DNA from: Pontiella sp. | Lineage (GTDB): Bacteria > Verrucomicrobiota > Kiritimatiellia > Kiritimatiellales > Pontiellaceae | DNA length: 24,000 bases | Direction: 5' to 3' (one strand) | Assembly: GCF_041583075.1 (NCBI RefSeq) | Contig: NZ_JBFHGN010000007.1 | In this document: piece by piece, positions 20,412 through 24,000 of the stretch | How positions within the stretch are numbered: position 1 is the stretch's first letter | How the letters are laid out: each line of letters opens with the position of its first letter | Notes under the pieces: model-generated | Told to the model about the DNA's origin: nothing | Databases searched by the model: none | What the model saw: only the letters and a program-made list of their open reading frames with translations | Translations under genes and position numbers: made by a program

Positions 20412-22034
20412 ATGGGTTTGCTCGATGGATTCATTTTTAAAATCGCGGATCAGCCGTGGGAGATCGATGCGGTCAATGCGCTCAACTACAAAACCTTTGT
20501 CGAAGAGATTCCCCAGCACGCGCCGAACCCCGAAGGGAAGCTGGCCGACAAGTTCCATGAAGAGAACACCTACATTGTCTGCGTCCACGAGGCGAAAAAG
20601 GTGCTCGCCGGGATGATTGCTTTTCGCGACAAACGGCCCTTTTCGCTGGATGCCAAGTTGCCGGAGCTCGATTCGTATTTGCCGCCGGACCGCTCGCTGT
20701 GCGAGATCCGCCTGCTGGCCGTTGAAGAGGAATACCGCTACACCCGCATCTCGCAAGGGCTGATTGCAACACTGGTGCAGCATGCCATCGACTGCGGCCA
20801 CGACCTTGCCGTCATCTCGGGAACCGTGCGCCAGATCAAGCTCTACAAATTCCTGGGCTTCGTTCCCTTCGGCCCGTTGGTCGGCGCCGAGGGCGCGCAG
20901 TACCAACCGATGTATCTCACGCTCGAGGCCTACAAAGATCTGAAAGGGCGCTCCCGCGCCTTCGCCAAGGACGAGCCCGAGCTGGCCAACGACGACACCT
21001 TGCTCTTCAACTTCCTGCCCGGCCCCGTCGATTTTTCCCGGCAGGTGCAAGATGTCTACGGCGAAAAGCCCTGTTCCCATCGGGGGAATGCCTTCGCCAA
21101 AGACTTCCAGAAAGCCCGCGAACTGCTGTGCGGGCTCACCCAGGCGCGGCAGGTCGAAATTCTCATGGGTACCGGGACGCTGGCCAACGACGCCGTCGCC
21201 GCGCAGTTATCGTTGCTCTGCCAGACCGGCTTGATCCTCGTCAGCGGCGAATTCGGCCGCCGGCTCGTCAGGAATGCCAACGGAGCAAAGCTCTTTTTCC
21301 ACACGCTGGAAGTTCCCGAAGGGCAGGCCTTCGCCCGGGCCCAGATCGAGCAGATCCTGAACAAGCATTCCGACATTGAGTGGATTTGGGGGGTGCACTG
21401 CGAAACTTCGACGGGCGTACTCAACGATCTGGAAATGTACAAGGAGGTTTGCACCGCTCGCGGCATCAAGCTTTGTCTGGACTGCATCAGCTCGATCGGC
21501 ACCGTCCCCGTCGACCTCTCCGGGGTCTATCTCGCCTCCGGCACCAGCGGCAAAGGCTTGGCTTCCATTGCCGGGCTTTCGATGGTCTTCCACAACCACG
21601 ACTTCGAATCCGCGCCCGACGATATTCCGTGCGTGCTTGATCTGGGGCTTTATCAAGAGGAGGGCGGCATCCCGTTCACCGTGCAGTCCAACCTCGTCTA
21701 CGCCCTGTTGGCCGCCCTCGAGTCGCACGATTGGAGCAAACGGTTTTCCGATGTGCGTAAATGGTCGAAGTCGATCCGCCGCAAGCTCGCCGAAATCGAC
21801 GTGCCGATCCTGGCGGCCGACGCCTGCGCCATGCCCGCCGTCATCACCATCGCCCTGCCGGAAATCCATTCGTCGGAAACCATCGGCGACAAGCTCAAGG
21901 AGCACGGCGTGCTGATTAGCTACCGCAGTCACTACCTGCTCGAACGCAACTGGATCCAGGCCTGCATGATGGGGGCCGAGCACCGGCCCTCCGACAAATT
22001 CGTCCGCCTGCTCAAGAAGGAGTTGAAAAGGTAA
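20412..22034 (+). CDS. fusion protein: N-terminal GNAT-like N-acyltransferase domain plus class-V (AGXT/PhnW-like) PLP aminotransferase domain
   Basis: The ATG comes immediately after the plsY stop (TAGATG). Residues 1-175 follow a GNAT / N-acyl amino acid synthase-like pattern (CEIRLLAVEEEYR, LYKFLGFVPFG). Residues ~195-540 carry class-V aminotransferase motifs: FLPGP, GTGTLANDA, LCLDCISSIGTVPVD and SGTSGKGLASIAGLSMV, which includes a candidate PLP lysine. Confidence 0.7.
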   Translation: MGLLDGFIFKIADQPWEIDAVNALNYKTFVEEIPQHAPNPEGKLADKFHEENTYIVCVHEAKKVLAGMIAFRDKRPFSLDAKLPELDSYLPPDRSLCEIRLLAVEEEYRYTRISQGLIATLVQHAIDCGHDLAVISGTVRQIKLYKFLGFVPFGPLVGAEGAQYQPMYLTLEAYKDLKGRSRAFAKDEPELANDDTLLFNFLPGPVDFSRQVQDVYGEKPCSHRGNAFAKDFQKARELLCGLTQARQVEILMGTGTLANDAVAAQLSLLCQTGLILVSGEFGRRLVRNANGAKLFFHTLEVPEGQAFARAQIEQILNKHSDIEWIWGVHCETSTGVLNDLEMYKEVCTARGIKLCLDCISSIGTVPVDLSGVYLASGTSGKGLASIAGLSMVFHNHDFESAPDDIPCVLDLGLYQEEGGIPFTVQSNLVYALLAALESHDWSKRFSDVRKWSKSIRRKLAEIDVPILAADACAMPAVITIALPEIHSSETIGDKLKEHGVLISYRSHYLLERNWIQACMMGAEHRPSDKFVRLLKKELKR

Positions 22035-22075
22035 GCGTTCGAAGTCCCGCCCGAAGGCGGAACCGCTTGCTTTTC
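22033..22075 (+). terminator. GC-rich stem-loop plus T-run after the fusion gene
   Basis: The outer stem pairs AAGCGTTC (22033-22040) with GAACCGCTT (22060-22068), with one bulge. The inner stem pairs CCGCC (22047-22051) with GGCGG (22056-22060) around loop CGAA. GCTTTTC (22069-22075) follows. It overlaps the stop of the convergent gene. Confidence 0.45.
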
Positions 22076-23175
22076 TACGCCGTCGTCGGGCGCTCGGAGA
22101 CCCACAGGCGCATGGCCTTCCTGGTCTCTTTCCACTCTTTTTCGTCGTTGCGTTCCTTCACGAACTTGGAATAGAGGTGGAAAAAGATTTCGCGGAAGGT
22201 TTCGAGCAGCACCATGCGCTCCTGGAATTTACCGACCCGGTCGAACGTCTCGGTCTGCGGCAGCTTGAGGCTGCGGAAAACGAACTCGTCGGCGTCGAAC
22301 GCGAACTGCCACGTCTCTTCGCCGCGGACGAAATGCACCTTCGCCTTTTTCAGTTTCTTGCCGCTGATCAAGGCGCTCTTCAGTTCGGCGCTGAGCATCG
22401 GCATGCCCTTGCGCAGGCTGATCTCGTGCGCGCCTTTGCCTTCCATCACGAAGGTGAGCGGCCCTTCGAGCATATAGGCGATCTCGCCGGCATCCGGCAC
22501 GTTTTCGATTCCGCCGCGCTTTTCGGAGCAATACCAAAGCCACATCAGGAATTCGCGTCCGGCGGTGCCGTCGACCATGCCGTCTTCGAGCTCGTCGGAA
22601 AAACTGCACGGTCCCCAATGCTGGACATCGACGCCTTCGGTCTTGGCGGCCATGGTGTCGGGATCGGCGGGCTGGGCGCTGCAGCCCGTGGTTTGCATCA
22701 GGCTCAGCACGAAGGCGTCCACCTGTTTTTCGGAAGTGCCCGAGGCGTAGATCATGTGGGAGCGTTCGTCGAACACGAATTCAATGCCCTTGAGTTGCGG
22801 CGGCATGTCCGGCAACAGGCGCTCCTTGACCTGTTTCTTGATTTCGGAGCGTTCGGTCTGCTTGAGGTATTGTTTGCCATCGGCCTCCATGACGGCGATC
22901 TCTTCGACGGCGCATTCGGCATTGAGAAGCGAGGCGGGCACTTTCTTTGTGGCTTGCGCCAGCGTCAGCCGCAGGTAGCCGCCGAGAAAGGCGTTCTCTT
23001 CCGTGATGTTCCGGTCGAGCAAATGGCGGCCGGCCACCCAGCCATGGATCTCTTCTTCGGCCAGCGTGTTCAGCGGCGGCAGCGCATGCGCCGCAAACTT
23101 ATCAACGTCTTCCACCGTCAAATCGCGCGACGCGAAAAACATGCGGAAACCCAACGATCCCTTTTCAAAACCCAT
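22075..23175 (-). CDS. RdgC-like recombination-associated protein (putative)
   Basis: Start placed at ATG 23175-23173, with GAGG 9 nt upstream. The N-terminus is MGFEKGSLGFRMFF. Spacing is similar to RdgC: HGWV, KKVPASLL, KQTERSEIKKQVKERLLP. The coding status is solid. The family assignment is from memory of RdgC sequences. Confidence 0.55.
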   Translation of the reverse strand: MGFEKGSLGFRMFFASRDLTVEDVDKFAAHALPPLNTLAEEEIHGWVAGRHLLDRNITEENAFLGGYLRLTLAQATKKVPASLLNAECAVEEIAVMEADGKQYLKQTERSEIKKQVKERLLPDMPPQLKGIEFVFDERSHMIYASGTSEKQVDAFVLSLMQTTGCSAQPADPDTMAAKTEGVDVQHWGPCSFSDELEDGMVDGTAGREFLMWLWYCSEKRGGIENVPDAGEIAYMLEGPLTFVMEGKGAHEISLRKGMPMLSAELKSALISGKKLKKAKVHFVRGEETWQFAFDADEFVFRSLKLPQTETFDRVGKFQERMVLLETFREIFFHLYSKFVKERNDEKEWKETRKAMRLWVSERPTTA

Positions 23176-23196
23176 TTCTAAAACCTCAGTTTTTTT

Positions 23197-23260
23197 AACC
23201 ACAAAGGCACAAAGGACGCGAAGCTTGGTGCACCTGGGTGCGCTTAGTGTCTTTGTGGTT
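23197..23260 (-). repeat. long imperfect inverted repeat with a tandem octamer, in the leader of the RdgC-like gene
   Basis: AACCACAAAGGCAC (23197-23210) pairs with GTGTCTTTGTGGTT (23247-23260), giving 14 bp with one G-T pair. The left arm is a tandem CACAAAGG CACAAAGG. The 36-nt interior contains the palindromes AAGCTT and GGTGCACC. Confidence 0.7.
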
Positions 23261-23262
23261 CA

Positions 23263-24000
23263 TTACCATTGAACAGCCAGCCCGGCGGTGACGGTGGTGG
23301 GTTCCGGCTCCAGACCGGGGATGGCCTCGAAGTCGGAACCCCACAAATTATCCACCAGAAGCGAAAGGCGGATAGTTTTGGCGTAGCGCGGAAGATAATG
23401 CAAGCCCAGGGATGCATCGGCCCCGAAATCGCTGCCGGAACGGGCGGGATTGTCGGTTTGCAGGCGCAGGGTTTGGGCGAAGCGGATGGCGAATTCGTCG
23501 AGGAATTTCCAGTAGGCCGAAAGGTTGAGCATATGCTCGGGATAGTCCGTTTCGTAGAGCCCGCCCGAGCGATCGTTATCCTTGTGCACCCACTGGTAGG
23601 CGGCTTCGAGCTTCAGGTTTTCCGAGGGATAAAAGCGGATCGTCGAATCGAGGCCGGCAATATGCAGGTTGCCCAGATCCGTTGCCGCGCCGTTGATCCA
23701 GTCCGATGCGTTTTCAAGCCGGCGGTGGAAGCCGGCCACGCGCCAGTCGAGGCTGGCCGAAAGAAACTGCCGGAAGCCCAGCTCCGTGTTTTGCGATTTC
23801 TGCATCTGCAACAACGGATTGTTTTCCAGCGTCTGGAAGTCGGGTTGCTGGACGGTTTCCGAATAGGTGGCATAGACCGTGGCATTGTCGGTGGCGAACC
23901 AATCGACGCCCGCCTGCGGCAACCACTCGGCGCTTTCCTCCGTTTGGAAAACAGTGTTCAACCCGGCCTTCAGGGCAAAGCGTTCGAACCGCGCTTCCGG
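23263..24000 (-). CDS. C-terminal part of a TonB-dependent-receptor-type outer-membrane beta-barrel (5' end outside the window)
   Basis: The frame stays open from 24000 down to stop TAA 23265-23263; the track start at 23961 is only an internal TTG. Amphipathic beta-strands alternate, and the terminal strand is TVTAGLAVQW with a C-terminal aromatic residue. Confidence 0.55.
   Translation of the reverse strand, partial: PEARFERFALKAGLNTVFQTEESAEWLPQAGVDWFATDNATVYATYSETVQQPDFQTLENNPLLQMQKSQNTELGFRQFLSASLDWRVAGFHRRLENASDWINGAATDLGNLHIAGLDSTIRFYPSENLKLEAAYQWVHKDNDRSGGLYETDYPEHMLNLSAYWKFLDEFAIRFAQTLRLQTDNPARSGSDFGADASLGLHYLPRYAKTIRLSLLVDNLWGSDFEAIPGLEPEPTTVTAGLAVQW

Noticed and set aside
20391-23181. 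ORFs 20391-21080 (-), 21207-21983 (-) and 22177-23181 (+) opposite the fusion gene and the RdgC-like gene.
   Set aside because: These are antisense shadow ORFs with low-complexity composition. The opposite strands carry recognisable domains.

Overview
A 24-kb, gene-dense segment with about 20 CDS. I recognised no rRNA, tRNA, CRISPR array, transposase or integrase. The source looks like a GC-rich diderm bacterium: hand counts give roughly 55-65% G+C in most 60-nt lines, and FadL-type and TonB-type barrels are present.

Gene order, left to right:
- 5' fragment of a small hypothetical gene (-)
- an orphan trpB (+), then a strong bidirectional terminator
- a long minus-strand block. In transcription order it is: fabF-like ketosynthase, a ~9-TM GAF-PAS histidine kinase, a receiver-like GAF-PAS histidine kinase and a 76-aa Fis-type HTH protein (all four joined by overlapping stop/start codons); then a Usp protein; bioB; an ECF sigma; a zf-HC2 anti-sigma fused to a DUF4140/DUF4139 (MuiA-like) domain; and two secreted paralogs of that domain
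- divergent from the ketosynthase: a FadL/TodX-type porin, a receiver fused to a kinase core that lacks the phospho-acceptor His, and a VAO/PCMH-type flavoprotein
- a U32-like protein (-), plsY plus a GNAT::class-V aminotransferase fusion (+), an RdgC-like protein (-), and the 3' end of a TonB-dependent-type barrel (-)

Most notable observations:
1. The ECF sigma / DUF4139 anti-sigma / two free DUF4139 paralogs module. This is my best candidate for an undescribed envelope-signalling system.
2. Conserved leaders with five tandem heptamers (N-TCACG-N) in front of both free paralogs.
3. A ~2.6-kb low-GC island whose edges lie inside two intact ORFs, which makes the 9-TM kinase compositionally chimeric.
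4. A FabF-fold ketosynthase with a Cys-His-Asn triad.
5. A dispersed three-kinase / one-receiver / one-HTH network around lipid-related genes.

All functional calls rest on my reading of motifs in the supplied translations. No database search was run.
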